A DNA stretch of 64,000 nucleotides, from NCBI GenBank assembly GCA_963662275.1, contig OY759316.1, forward strand, positions 1,248,001 through 1,312,000, in the 5' to 3' direction. The translations under genes and the position numbers were made by a program. This document shows positions 1-9,706 of the stretch, one piece after another (the first letter of the stretch is position 1; every line of letters begins with the position of its first letter). The stretch comes from Candidatus Cloacimonadales bacterium (lineage in GTDB: Bacteria; Cloacimonadota; Cloacimonadia; Cloacimonadales; DAONDQ01). The notes under the pieces were generated by a model that did not search any database, had not been told where the DNA came from, and worked only from the letters and a program-made list of their open reading frames with translations.

Positions 1-1
1 A

Positions 2-856
2 TGGGGAATCAATATCGATGTTCCATCTGGTAACAATTTTACTGATATTTCTGTCGGGGATGGACACTGTCTAGCCTTGGAATCAGATGGTACGCTTGTC
101 GCATGGGGAAGAAATGATTCTTTACAATGCAACGTTCCAGCAGGAATGTTTTTTACTGCGATCTCAGCAGGGAGGAATCATAGTCTTGCCATAAAATCTG
201 ATGGTTCGCTGGTTGCATGGGGAGATAATGCAGATGGTTTATGCAATACTCCGACTGGATATGATTTTACTGCTATTTCAACAGGATACGATCACAGTCT
301 TGCTTTGAAGTCTGATGGTTCAATAGTCGCCTGGGGAAATAACGAATCTGGCCAGTGCAATGTTCCTGGAGGTAACGTCTATACCGCAATAGCTGCAGGT
401 TATTATCATAGTCTTGCTTTAAAGTCGGATGGTTCATTAGTCGCTTGGGGTAATAATTTATTTGGGCAATGTAATGTTCCACAAAGAAGCGATTATGTAG
501 CTATAGCTGCTGGAGAGTATTTTTCCGTTGCAATCGTAAGAAATGGTACTGTGTATAATGATGATCAAACACAAAGTACACCAATCCCATCATTTATCAG
601 AGCTTACCCCAACCCATTCCTACAAGCAGTTGCAGTTAATTTCGAGACAACAATGAAAGGCAATGAGAAAGGCTCACTGACCATCTGCAATCTCAAAGGT
701 CAGAAAGTGAAGGCATTTGAGGTCAGTGCTGTTCATTCGCTGGCTATTTGGAATGGCAGGGATGAGAATGGTCAGAAGTGCGCTTCCGGGATTTATCTTT
801 ACAGATTTTCCACGGGGAATCATCAGGAGACGAAGAAGCTGGTGATGCTGAAGTAG
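2..856 (+). CDS. RCC1/BLIP-II-like repeat beta-propeller protein with C-terminal FlgD-Ig/Por-secretion-type sorting domain (5'-truncated by window)
   Basis: Repeated AIsAGxxHSLALKSDGSLVAWG motifs. C-terminus YPNPF...WNGRDENG...SGIYLY...KKLVMLK. Frame is open from base 2. Confidence 0.85.
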   Translation, partial: WGINIDVPSGNNFTDISVGDGHCLALESDGTLVAWGRNDSLQCNVPAGMFFTAISAGRNHSLAIKSDGSLVAWGDNADGLCNTPTGYDFTAISTGYDHSLALKSDGSIVAWGNNESGQCNVPGGNVYTAIAAGYYHSLALKSDGSLVAWGNNLFGQCNVPQRSDYVAIAAGEYFSVAIVRNGTVYNDDQTQSTPIPSFIRAYPNPFLQAVAVNFETTMKGNEKGSLTICNLKGQKVKAFEVSAVHSLAIWNGRDENGQKCASGIYLYRFSTGNHQETKKLVMLK

Positions 857-876
857 CAGAAGGGTACAGCGTACAG
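857..876 (+). repeat. Short heptamer (NNNNYAG) run after stop codon
   Basis: TAG-CAGAAG-GGTACAG-CGTACAG. Confidence 0.6.
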
Positions 877-1047
877 GGAACGCCGATTTGTTATCGGCGT
901 GCGAGGCGAATTCTTTTCGCCTCTTCTGAATGGGTAATATCGTAAAAGTAATGAAGAACTAACTTCTCCTTAAAGTTATTCGAGAAATGAGTGGTTTGAA
1001 CTTCACTGAAAATGAGTTTTCGCGGCCGAGGATGAATGGTCGATTAT

Positions 1048-1199
1048 GAAGTCCATTTTCCCTTTTAGCCAGGGGGTAATTGATTGTTTGCTTGGGAAAT
1101 TGAACTCCAAATCCTCAGAGGATGAAAAGTCGGGTTTAAAGTCCGAATGCCCTTTTAGTCATGTATTCAATGATAATTTGTTTAGGGCATTTGAACTCC
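1048..1199 (+). repeat. Two tandem units of ~62-bp hairpin family (AAGTCC...GAACTCC)
   Basis: Units at 1048-1108 and 1138-1199; the second is nearly identical to 9545-9606. Confidence 0.8.
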
Positions 1200-1237
1200 A
1201 AACTCTTAGCTTTCATGTAAAATCAGAACTAATACAA

Positions 1238-1267
1238 CCCCCCTTAATCCCCCCTCGGGGAGGGGGG
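1238..1267 (-). repeat. C/G-rich hairpin extragenic repeat
   Basis: CCCCCCTTAATCCCCCCTCGGGGAGGGGGG; reverse-oriented member of a family with 9 copies in the window. Confidence 0.7.
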
Positions 1268-1277
1268 TGGAGCATAA

Positions 1278-2582
1278 TTGAAGAATATAAAGATCATCGG
1301 TGGCGGTCTGGCAGGTAGCGAAGCAGCCTTATACCTAGCAGATAAGAACTGGTATATCGAACTGTATGAGATGCGTCCCAAGGTTCAGACACCTGCCCAT
1401 AACACAGGTTATTTAGCAGAAGTAGTATGCAGCAATTCCTTCAAATCGAAGCTGAGTGATACTTCGTCCGGTTTGTTGAAGCAGGAAATGAAACTCCTGG
1501 GTTGTAAGCTTCTTGAAATTGCAGAACTTCATTCTGTAGCAGCGGGAAATGCACTTGCCATTGATCGGGATGAATTTGCAGCAGATGTGACCAAACGCAT
1601 CGAGAATCATCCAAATATTACGGTAATCAGGGAAGAAGTCAAAGATGTACCTAATTCAACTACAATCATTGCTACTGGTCCTCTTACTTCAGATTCCATG
1701 GTTCTCTCTCTTCAAAAAATGATTGGAAAAAGCCAGTTATATTTCTTTGATGCCATAGCTCCAATTGTCTCATCTGATTCTCTAGATCATAATATCCTTT
1801 TTTCAAAGACAAGGTATGATAAAGGGGAAGCGGATTACTTGAATTGTCCTTTGAATAAAGATGAGTATTATGCCTTTGTGGAAGCGCTTCGGGAATCTGA
1901 TAAACATGAGGCAAAGGAATTTGAGAACCAGTTCTTTCAAAGCTTAGAGTTCAAGTTCTATGAAAACTGTATGCCCATTGAAGAAATAGCACGTAGAGGA
2001 GAGGATACATTACGTTTCGGTGTAATGCGTCCGGTAGGTCTTGAAGATCCCCGAACCGGGAAAAGAGCCTATGCTATTCTTCAGTTGAGAGCTGAAAATA
2101 CGGATAAAACAGCTTATAATCTGGTTGGCTGTCAAACAATGATGAAATATGGTGAGCAAAAACGTATCCTCAGCTTATTACCAGGTTTTGCGGCTGTTGA
2201 AGTGTTGCGTTATGGTTCAATTCACCGAAATACCTATCTGAATGGACCTGAAATACTGGATGAGAGATTATCATTGAAGAACAATCCCAATATCTACATT
2301 GCCGGTCAATTAAGTGGAGTGGAAGGTTATGTAGAATCTATCTTAAGTGGATTATTAGTGGCTCGTATCCTGGATGAGAATCTGCCCATGCTACCGGAAG
2401 ATACAATGAGCGGACAGCTCTGGCGTCATTTAATGGTAAAGAAGGAACAGGCATTTCAACCGATGAATGCTAATTTTGGTATATTACCGCAAATTGAGAT
2501 GGAAAAGAAGAACAAGACTCTAAAAAAACAACTATTATCTGAAAGAGCAATTTTATCTCTAACTCAGTTTCTGCAAGAGTAA
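1278..2582 (+). CDS. trmFO: FAD/folate-dependent tRNA (uracil-54) methyltransferase TrmFO
   Basis: IIGGGLAGSEAA, EVVCSNSF, FFDAIAPIV, RYGSIHRNTY, AGQLSGVEGY and FQPMNANFG motifs. Confidence 0.95.
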   Translation: MKNIKIIGGGLAGSEAALYLADKNWYIELYEMRPKVQTPAHNTGYLAEVVCSNSFKSKLSDTSSGLLKQEMKLLGCKLLEIAELHSVAAGNALAIDRDEFAADVTKRIENHPNITVIREEVKDVPNSTTIIATGPLTSDSMVLSLQKMIGKSQLYFFDAIAPIVSSDSLDHNILFSKTRYDKGEADYLNCPLNKDEYYAFVEALRESDKHEAKEFENQFFQSLEFKFYENCMPIEEIARRGEDTLRFGVMRPVGLEDPRTGKRAYAILQLRAENTDKTAYNLVGCQTMMKYGEQKRILSLLPGFAAVEVLRYGSIHRNTYLNGPEILDERLSLKNNPNIYIAGQLSGVEGYVESILSGLLVARILDENLPMLPEDTMSGQLWRHLMVKKEQAFQPMNANFGILPQIEMEKKNKTLKKQLLSERAILSLTQFLQE

Positions 2583-2744
2583 GTATAATAGTCTGTAATG
2601 GAGTTCAATCTGATATTTATTGAATAGTGTTCAAAATCATATCTTATTGTAATATAGTATAATACGAATTACCCTGCTAATTTCTTCCCATTAAATATAA
2701 AAAATAGATTGACGGAATAATTATATCCTAAGTCACATCAAATT

Positions 2745-2770
2745 ATGCGTATATGAGTAATAATACGCAT
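2745..2770. promoter_or_regulatory. Inverted repeat just upstream of the FadL-like gene RBS (possible operator or 5'-UTR hairpin)
   Basis: ATGCGTAT-N10-ATACGCAT, lying between TTGACG (~2709) and GGAGG. Confidence 0.35.
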
Positions 2771-2786
2771 TCAAGATGGAGGAATT

Positions 2787-4184
2787 ATGAAAACAAAAGG
2801 AATTATTATTTTTATTCTGATGATGTTTGCGATGTCATCGGCTTTATTTGCCGGTGGTTTTGCTCTTTCTGGAATCGGCTCGAAAGCAATCGGTATGGGT
2901 GGTGCATTCCGTGGTCTTGCGGATGATCCAACAGCGATGTATTGGAATCCAGCCGGTTTAAGTTTTATGAATCAAAGCTGTGTTACTCTTGCAGGGGCTG
3001 CGATCATGCCTTCATCTGAGTTTACAGGCTTGAGCAAATCGGTCATATATTCAGGTACGATGGTTCCATTTGATACTTTATCATCTCCCGGTTTTGCTTA
3101 TAATCAGAAAATGAAAGCTGAAAAGAAAACTTGGATGTTCCCCAATGCATTTGGAGTATATTCTTCAGAATCTCCTCTGAAGTTTGGACTTGGTGCTTAT
3201 GTGCCTTATGGCCTTGGAGCTACTTGGGATTTATATCAAACTCCTGATTCTATGGAAGTTGCACGGCACTATTATATGCATGTCGTATATCCTGCCACTA
3301 TGGATAAAAATGAGATGATGAGTTCAATCGGTATTGTAGATATTCATCCCACTTTAAGTTACAAACTGAGTGATAATCTCGCTATTGGTGCCGGCATAAG
3401 CGTTCAATACGGTATGATCGAAATCCAGAAGTTAAAAATGGTGAATGCCTATATTCCAATGTTACTGCATTTAAAGGGTACAGGACTTGGATTTGGAGCT
3501 AACATGGGAGTTCTTTGGAAAGCGACATCAAAACTCCAGGTTGGTGTATCCGGTAAATTACCTTCGATAATTAAACTCGAAGGTGATGGAGATGCCAGCG
3601 TATATCTGAATAACGTAATCATAGGTGTTCCAGCTTCTTCAGGAATGGTTAAGACAGATAAGAGCAGTGCAACGGCAGATGTAAAATTACCTGCTGATGT
3701 TGGTATTGGATTTGCCTTCTATCCTGTGGAGAATTGGGTCGTGACGATGGATTTAACCAATACTTATTGGAGTTGTTTTGATAAGGTTGAAATCGAATTC
3801 GACGATACTTTGAACGTTACTTTTAAGCCCGAAATACCCATTAAACTGAAAAAAGTAGATTTACTTACAGATTGGAATGATACTTTCCGTTTCAGCATGG
3901 GTACTGAATATAAGATGAGTATGATGGCAATACGCCTAGGTTTCTATTATGACGAATCTCCTATTGCAGATAAATCTCTTAGTCCAACCTGGCCTGATAC
4001 TAATGATAAAATGAGTGGAAACATAGGTGTAGGTTTGAAGTTTGGTCAAATGGATTTGGATGTAAACTTTGAACATATTGTATTCACTGATCGTGAAATC
4101 AAAACTCAAACTGCAGACAATATGATCGGTACGTACACAACTTCCATAAATGCTGCAAACGCAGCTTTGACACTGCACTTCTAA
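2787..4184 (+). CDS. OmpP1/FadL/TodX family outer-membrane transporter
   Basis: Signal peptide; GGFAL...GMGGAF..LADDPTAMYWNPAGL; terminal Phe. Confidence 0.9.
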   Translation: MKTKGIIIFILMMFAMSSALFAGGFALSGIGSKAIGMGGAFRGLADDPTAMYWNPAGLSFMNQSCVTLAGAAIMPSSEFTGLSKSVIYSGTMVPFDTLSSPGFAYNQKMKAEKKTWMFPNAFGVYSSESPLKFGLGAYVPYGLGATWDLYQTPDSMEVARHYYMHVVYPATMDKNEMMSSIGIVDIHPTLSYKLSDNLAIGAGISVQYGMIEIQKLKMVNAYIPMLLHLKGTGLGFGANMGVLWKATSKLQVGVSGKLPSIIKLEGDGDASVYLNNVIIGVPASSGMVKTDKSSATADVKLPADVGIGFAFYPVENWVVTMDLTNTYWSCFDKVEIEFDDTLNVTFKPEIPIKLKKVDLLTDWNDTFRFSMGTEYKMSMMAIRLGFYYDESPIADKSLSPTWPDTNDKMSGNIGVGLKFGQMDLDVNFEHIVFTDREIKTQTADNMIGTYTTSINAANAALTLHF

Positions 4185-4200
4185 ATTTCTTGGAACTAAG

Positions 4201-4230
4201 AAAAACCGCCGATTATTTCGGCGGTTTTAT
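4201..4230. terminator. Bidirectional intrinsic terminator
   Basis: AAAAACCGCCGA-TTATT-TCGGCGGTTTT between convergent genes. Confidence 0.85.
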
Positions 4231-4261
4231 TTATAATCTTACTAGGATTTTTCAGACTTAC

Positions 4262-4468
4262 TTATCTTGTGATGGCGTAGTAATTTTCCAATTCCTCTAA
4301 GATGTGATCAATGATAGTATCTGCATCAGGTACATCAAGGGTCTTTCTGTCACCATTATCAAAAGTAATGATCACATTCCCCATGGCTTTTGTGATTTCC
4401 CTGATTTTTGGAATGACAATATGTATCTTTCCTGAATTGCTTTCCTGATAAGTAAAAATAATACTCAT
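4262..4468 (-). CDS. Small hypothetical protein
   Basis: 68-aa ORF with GAGG RBS at the end of a minus-strand gene run. Confidence 0.65.
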   Translation of the reverse strand: MSIIFTYQESNSGKIHIVIPKIREITKAMGNVIITFDNGDRKTLDVPDADTIIDHILEELENYYAITR

Positions 4469-4536
4469 GATAACCTCAATTTTTGTAACGTTACTTCATT
4501 CGTTAACGCCACTGGGTTTATTCCTTGGCGCTTTTT

Positions 4537-5415
4537 TCATTGTTTTACTAAAATATTCTGAATAATTGCTTGATTAGTTACTAACGGATTATCTTTGTCA
4601 TCCTTTGGCAAAGCCTGAATCTTGAGAACGATATCCATTCCAGCCGTCACTTTCCCAAATACAGTATGTTTTCCGTCTAACCATGGTGTTCCGTCTTTTG
4701 CGGTTACAATAAAGAACTGGGAGCCATTGGTATTGGGTCCTGAATTTGCCATACAGAGTTCACCATATAGTACCTTTGCTTTCAATTCCTTTTTTCGCAT
4801 ATCCTTAGTCCCAGTCTTTTCAAGGTAGAATTCTATCGGATGAGCTTTCAATGGTTCACCGCTTTGCATTTTGCCACATGCATTAGCGATATTAACCAGT
4901 ACCGTATCAGGAGTTGTATTTGCCCGAAGATAGGGAACTAAAATGTCTGTAAAAACTTGTAATGCTGTAGCATCATCTTTGATTTCACCGGTAATCGGAG
5001 CTCCCATAATATAAGTTTCATCTTCAAAAGTATATCCTGGACTGCCCTGACCATCATTGGTACGAGTCGTATCTTTTGTATTCGGGTCTCCACCCTGGAT
5101 CATGAAATCTGGAATCACACGATGGAAATACGTACCATTATAGAACTTTTCCTTTGATAGTTTGATGAAATTGGCAACAGTTTTAGGAGCCATATCAGGC
5201 CACAATTCCAGTTGAATATCACCTTGATTAGTCTTCATGATAACGATCTGCTTTGTTTTAGTTAAATCTGTTGTCATCTTTGTTTCATCCTTTGCGGGTG
5301 GTGTTTTATCTTTTTCAGTCTTTTTTGCAAATAGCATACTTGCACTCATAAAAATTAAGATCATGAGCAGTACCGGCAATAGTAGTGTGCGATAATTTGG
5401 TGAATTTCTAAACAT
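4537..5415 (-). CDS. Exported cyclophilin-type peptidyl-prolyl isomerase with internal insertion
   Basis: FHRVIPDFMIQGGDP, MANSGPNTNGSQFFI, WLDGKHTVFGKV; N-terminal signal/anchor. Confidence 0.92.
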   Translation of the reverse strand: MFRNSPNYRTLLLPVLLMILIFMSASMLFAKKTEKDKTPPAKDETKMTTDLTKTKQIVIMKTNQGDIQLELWPDMAPKTVANFIKLSKEKFYNGTYFHRVIPDFMIQGGDPNTKDTTRTNDGQGSPGYTFEDETYIMGAPITGEIKDDATALQVFTDILVPYLRANTTPDTVLVNIANACGKMQSGEPLKAHPIEFYLEKTGTKDMRKKELKAKVLYGELCMANSGPNTNGSQFFIVTAKDGTPWLDGKHTVFGKVTAGMDIVLKIQALPKDDKDNPLVTNQAIIQNILVKQ

Positions 5416-5427
5416 GAATAACTCCTT

Positions 5428-6162
5428 CTAATTTCCTTGTTGTGTAAATTGGCAAAGCTCTGCCTTGCCGTCAATTATTTTTACGTAACTATTAGATAAA
5501 AACCATTCACCACTATTCAAATACACACCTCCGGGGTAGTCAAACTTTACTGCTTGATGAGAATGACCCATAACAATGATGTCATAGATATCAAATGATT
5601 TCTCGGCAAATTCACGAAGCCCCTTTTCCTGCACTTCCTGGAGCGGTCTGGGTACTTTGCGTTTTCTACTGGATCGTGATAGCTGTCTTCCAAGCCATAA
5701 GGCTATATTTGGATGGATGACCCCAAAGAGGGTACGGACAAAGCCAGTTCTGATCACTGATCGGAAGATATGGTAACGTAAATCATTCGATGTATGAAGA
5801 TCACCATGTGTGACCAGTATCTTCTTTCCATCAATAGTATCTGTATATTGATCCTGGCATATTTTGACTTGAAGATATTCAGGGAAAAAGTCCCCGAACC
5901 AGAAGTCATGATTTCCGGGAATCAGTATAAGTTGGCAACCGGATTCCTGTAGGTCAGCCAGCTTCTTCAGAATGGGAAAAAATCCTTTGATGATCACACT
6001 TTTCCAATCATACCAAAGATCAAAGATATCTCCATTGAGAATCAGTAAATCAGCATTTCCTTTCAAAGAATCCAGGAAGGAAATTGCCCTTTTTCGTCGT
6101 TCTCTATCTTCATTAGATTCACAGAACTTGATATGCATATCGGAAATGATATAAATATTCAT
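5428..6162 (-). CDS. lpxH: UDP-2,3-diacylglucosamine diphosphatase (LpxH-like metallophosphoesterase)
   Basis: ISDMH, GDIFD, GNHD, THGD and GHSH motifs. Confidence 0.8.
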   Translation of the reverse strand: MNIYIISDMHIKFCESNEDRERRKRAISFLDSLKGNADLLILNGDIFDLWYDWKSVIIKGFFPILKKLADLQESGCQLILIPGNHDFWFGDFFPEYLQVKICQDQYTDTIDGKKILVTHGDLHTSNDLRYHIFRSVIRTGFVRTLFGVIHPNIALWLGRQLSRSSRKRKVPRPLQEVQEKGLREFAEKSFDIYDIIVMGHSHQAVKFDYPGGVYLNSGEWFLSNSYVKIIDGKAELCQFTQQGN

Positions 6163-6173
6163 ATAGCTATCGT

Positions 6174-6833
6174 TTATTGAGAATTTGTCATGATGTACTG
6201 AAGCATATTCACGCCCATTTGTAATGCCATATCACGTATTTCAGGCGGATCCTTATGTGTCCCCGGATCAGCCCAACCATCACTGATATTGGATTCGAAA
6301 GAATAGAAAACCATCAATCGTCCTGTATCGTCAAAAATTGCAAATGCCTGGGGACGTTTATCTTCATGTATATGAATCTTTGGAAGTCCTTTTGGGAAAT
6401 TATAAAAACAATGGAAGATTGGATGAGAAGCAGGAAGTTCCATGAGAATCTTCTCAGGGAATACACGTCTCATTTCACGACGGAAGGAATCATCCATACC
6501 ATAATCATCATCTGCATAAAGAAATCCTCCCCTTAAAAGGAAAGCTCTTAGTTGCTCGATTTCCCTGTTTGTGAACTTAACATTTCCATGTCCTGTCATG
6601 AATAAAAATGGATATTCGAATAATTTAGCATCAGTTGCTTTCACAATTGCCTGTTCCGAAGAAAAGTCAGTATGAAGTACATCATTGGAATACTTTACCA
6701 GGTTAGGCAGGATTTCCGGATCATTATACCAGTCACCACCGCCGTCATATTGCAGACGTGCCAGTTTTGTCTTTTCAATACTGAAAAGAGAAAATGAAGC
6801 AATTAAGATTAGGATTATCATCCATATTTTCAT
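6174..6833 (-). CDS. DUF4159 domain protein
   Basis: YDGGGDWY, YPFLFMTGHG, GGFLYADD, ALQMGVN. Confidence 0.85.
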   Translation of the reverse strand: MKIWMIILILIASFSLFSIEKTKLARLQYDGGGDWYNDPEILPNLVKYSNDVLHTDFSSEQAIVKATDAKLFEYPFLFMTGHGNVKFTNREIEQLRAFLLRGGFLYADDDYGMDDSFRREMRRVFPEKILMELPASHPIFHCFYNFPKGLPKIHIHEDKRPQAFAIFDDTGRLMVFYSFESNISDGWADPGTHKDPPEIRDMALQMGVNMLQYIMTNSQ

Positions 6834-6941
6834 ATCTTGTTTCCTTGTAGCGAAGGATTATGACACCCTTAGGTTTGACAAGATAATTTTCTTTTTTTGT
6901 AATTCATATGAGTATTATACTGCAATTGGAAGGAACAATTA

Positions 6942-7394
6942 CTAATCATGCGTATTACTAATAACAAAAATGGTGAATAATACTGTTTGTATGATAGCTC
7001 CTGTTGTAGCTCCCTTATATGCAGCATATCTATTCAAAGAAGCAGATCTGTCTTCGTAGCCTTTCTTAAAATCATTTTTTACAAAACCTTCAGGATATCT
7101 TTCCGGTTGAGATATTCCAGCTATAAGTGGTGCGACAATAATACCACCGAAATTAAGTGATAATCCCATTACTAATCCTTTCTGAAATGCTCTGTGAGTG
7201 TTTGTTTGACTCCCTTCATAAAGACCTAATACATAGGACGAATTGTATTGCGCAGGTAAAAACATAGTATCAGAATTTAACGGTATAGAAGAAGGAATGG
7301 CATTTTTAGTATCAGCTTCAATTCCTTCCAGGCATGAAAAGAACAAAAAGCAAACCAGTGAGATTAGAATTATTAATTTAAGCGCTCTTTTCAC
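6942..7394 (-). CDS. Hypothetical membrane lipoprotein
   Basis: Likely GTG start at 7394; lipobox-like FFSC; hydrophobic segments. Confidence 0.55.
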   Translation of the reverse strand: MKRALKLIILISLVCFLFFSCLEGIEADTKNAIPSSIPLNSDTMFLPAQYNSSYVLGLYEGSQTNTHRAFQKGLVMGLSLNFGGIIVAPLIAGISQPERYPEGFVKNDFKKGYEDRSASLNRYAAYKGATTGAIIQTVLFTIFVISNTHD

Positions 7395-7411
7395 TTCAAT
7401 TCTTCCGATAC

Positions 7412-7894
7412 TTAATTCGTGTGATTTAATGCAGCGATTAATAATACTATCATGCAAATCTCACAGGACCACATATAATTCATAAAAAGACCTGGAACAC
7501 CAACACTGGCTTTTCTCTTAGAAACGGAAGCCGCTTTGAATCCACGAATATACTGATTAGAATCCAAGCCTTCTGGAATGGAATCAGGTGTAGCACCTTT
7601 GACACTAATATAAAGGATATGCGGTCCGATGACAGGTATATATGTCCCTAAAAGCAAGGTACCAATAATATACTCTACGTTTGTATCTCTTTTTTTCCAT
7701 CCATCATGATATCCTGCAAGTAATGAAGGGGAATAGGATTTTACAATCGAGGTTGAATCAGTTATGGCGTTATTTATATTGAATACTTGTTGAGTAGAAT
7801 CTGAGCTTGCTTCAGGAAGAGTCATATCAATGCATAATAAGGTACAAATGCTGGATAACAGAATAATTAGTATTAAGGAAGATATCTGATACAT
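7412..7894 (-). CDS. Hypothetical membrane protein, distant paralog of the downstream gene
   Basis: GGAG RBS, signal-like N-terminus, shared PxxxPEG...Y/FxxGF/Y motif. Confidence 0.6.
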   Translation of the reverse strand: MYQISSLILIILLSSICTLLCIDMTLPEASSDSTQQVFNINNAITDSTSIVKSYSPSLLAGYHDGWKKRDTNVEYIIGTLLLGTYIPVIGPHILYISVKGATPDSIPEGLDSNQYIRGFKAASVSKRKASVGVPGLFMNYMWSCEICMIVLLIAALNHTN

Positions 7895-8057
7895 CGCAAC
7901 TCCTTATCACTAAGATAAAACGTAGATAGCCTAAGTCGGTCAAGAAAAATATAGCATGATTCGAGATTAAGAGATTATTAAGAAATAAATTGACCAAGCA
8001 AGTTCACTTCAAGTATCCGTACCTGAAACACAATTATCTACAATCAAAGGAAATGGT

Positions 8058-9005
8058 ATGATTCGCAAAAAAAAATGGAAAAAAGAGATTGAATCGTATG
8101 TAGGAATCATTTTTGGAAGTATCTTCTTTGCACTGGGATATTCTTGGTTTCTCATACCCTATAACATAGCACCTGGTGGTGTAGGGGGAATTGCCCAGAT
8201 CCTGCATTATTTCTTCCAATTACCGGTCGGTTTGACCATGATCATCCTGAATATTCCTCTTTTCGTGATCAGTTTCTTTCTGATCGGGAAATCTTTTGGA
8301 GGTAAATCTGTGTATGGTATGCTGGTCAGTTCTTTCCTTACAGATTTGCTTGGACCGGAATCATTATATAAATTAGGCTTTATTAAGGATTTGGCTAAAT
8401 ATACTTTCGTTGATGAACGTGGACATACAGTCATTGCAATGCTGGCACCTTCCGATATCTATCTGTCTGCCATAGCTGGTTCAGTACTTTTAGGATTGGG
8501 ATTGGGCATTATCTTCCGTTTCCGTGGTTCCACAGGCGGAACGGATATCCCTGTAGCACTTATCAAACAAAGAGCCGGTTTATCCATTGGAACAGGTTAC
8601 TGGATTGTGGAAACAGCGATTATCTTTGCCGTGGGACTGATGCTCCAGGATATGAAACTGATAATCTGGGGCTATATCAATCTCTTTATTTCTACAAAGA
8701 TCACCGATCTTGCCAGTGAAGGAATGCCTTACATAAAAGGTGTCTATATCATCTCTAACCATGTTGACCAGATACGTGATGAAATATATGAAAATATCAA
8801 TCGGGGAGTGACATTCCTGAAAGCTAAGACCGGTTCTGATGAAAAAGACATTGATGTCCTCTTCTGTGTTCTGAACCGGCGCCAGGTCCATGAATTAACG
8901 GAGATAGTGAAAGATATAGATCCTGATTCTTTTATGATCGTGACAGATGTATATGATGTTTTAGGCTATGGATTCAAGACCAGGCAGATAAACTTGAGTG
9001 GGTAA
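8058..9005 (+). CDS. YitT/DUF2179 family membrane protein
   Basis: APGGVGGIA, LNIPLF, GSTGGTDI, RGVT and DPDSF motifs. Confidence 0.92.
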   Translation: MIRKKKWKKEIESYVGIIFGSIFFALGYSWFLIPYNIAPGGVGGIAQILHYFFQLPVGLTMIILNIPLFVISFFLIGKSFGGKSVYGMLVSSFLTDLLGPESLYKLGFIKDLAKYTFVDERGHTVIAMLAPSDIYLSAIAGSVLLGLGLGIIFRFRGSTGGTDIPVALIKQRAGLSIGTGYWIVETAIIFAVGLMLQDMKLIIWGYINLFISTKITDLASEGMPYIKGVYIISNHVDQIRDEIYENINRGVTFLKAKTGSDEKDIDVLFCVLNRRQVHELTEIVKDIDPDSFMIVTDVYDVLGYGFKTRQINLSG

Positions 9006-9035
9006 GAGAACTAAAAATTATAAATTGCAGAACAG

Positions 9036-9080
9036 ACGGTTCATTGAGTGATTTCGAGGTACGAGAAATCGTATAGAAAT
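9036..9080 (+). repeat. Extragenic repeat shared with ~49853-49899
   Basis: GACGGTTCATTGAGTGATTTCGAGGTACGAGAAATCGTATAGAAATG vs GACTGTTCATTGGTTGATTTCGACGAAGGAGAAATTGTATCGAAATG. Confidence 0.7.
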
Positions 9081-9149
9081 GTATCGGTGTAAGTTTAATG
9101 TTTGAAGATTAGAATTGTAGGGATTTATAGCAGGAAATCAGTATGGTTG

Positions 9150-9190
9150 CCCTCCCATTTGTAAAGGGAGGAGTTAGGGGAGAGCTAGTT
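9150..9190 (+). repeat. C/G-rich hairpin extragenic repeat
   Basis: CCCTCCCATTTGTAAAGGGAGG...GGGGAGAGCTAGTT, near-identical to 49779-49819. Confidence 0.8.
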
Positions 9191-9257
9191 CTGCAACATC
9201 CAAGTAGCTCATTCTACCCCCTCATGCAGAACAAGTGGCACTAAAAAGAGATAGTAG

Positions 9258-9328
9258 CCAGCTCCTAACCAGCACCTAACCAGCTCCTAAAGTATTTAGT
9301 TTTTGACTAGCTTCTGATTAGCTTGTAA
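9258..9328. repeat. 11-bp periodic array
   Basis: CCAGCTCCTAA CCAGCACCTAA CCAGCTCCTAA followed by degenerate YTAG-initiated 11-mers. Confidence 0.6.
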
Positions 9329-9372
9329 TTATTCTCATTTATGCTGCTCATATGAGGGCGGTTTATGGGGAT

Positions 9373-9480
9373 ATGATTCGCAAGGACGAGAATGAAAAGC
9401 AGGTTGCCAGTGGTTTGTATTTCTGCAGAATTAAAGCGGGAGAGAAGTCAGAAACTAAGAAGATGATACTGGTAAAATAG
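9373..9480 (+). pseudogene. Orphan 3' fragment of an FlgD-Ig/Por-type C-terminal domain
   Basis: Manual translation MIRKDENEKQVASGLYFCRIKAGEKSETKKMILVK* matches the ends of the other CTD proteins in the window. Confidence 0.8.
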
Positions 9481-9544
9481 TAATGTCGGTTATGAACTTC
9501 CCTGAAAACAGGTTTTCGCTACCGATGATGAAAGGTCGGGTTTT

Positions 9545-9687
9545 ATAGTCCGAATGCCCTTTTAGTCAGGTATTCAATGATAATTTGTTTAGGGCATTTG
9601 AACTCCAAACTCTCAGCTTTCATGTAAAGTCCATTTGCCCTTTTAATCTGGTTTTCAATGATAATTATTTTAGGGTAATTGAACTCC
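9545..9687 (+). repeat. Two tandem units of ~62-bp hairpin family
   Basis: Units at 9545-9606 and 9626-9687 with TGCCCT/AGGGYA stems. Confidence 0.8.
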
Positions 9688-9706
9688 AAACCTAGTAAGA
9701 AAAGCC

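Noticed and set aside
1046..1318. Short ORFs over repeat or element-end DNA (also 26399-26632, 29770-29973, 31954-32148)
   Set aside because: They run through extragenic repeats or IS ends; no RBS or recognisable motifs.
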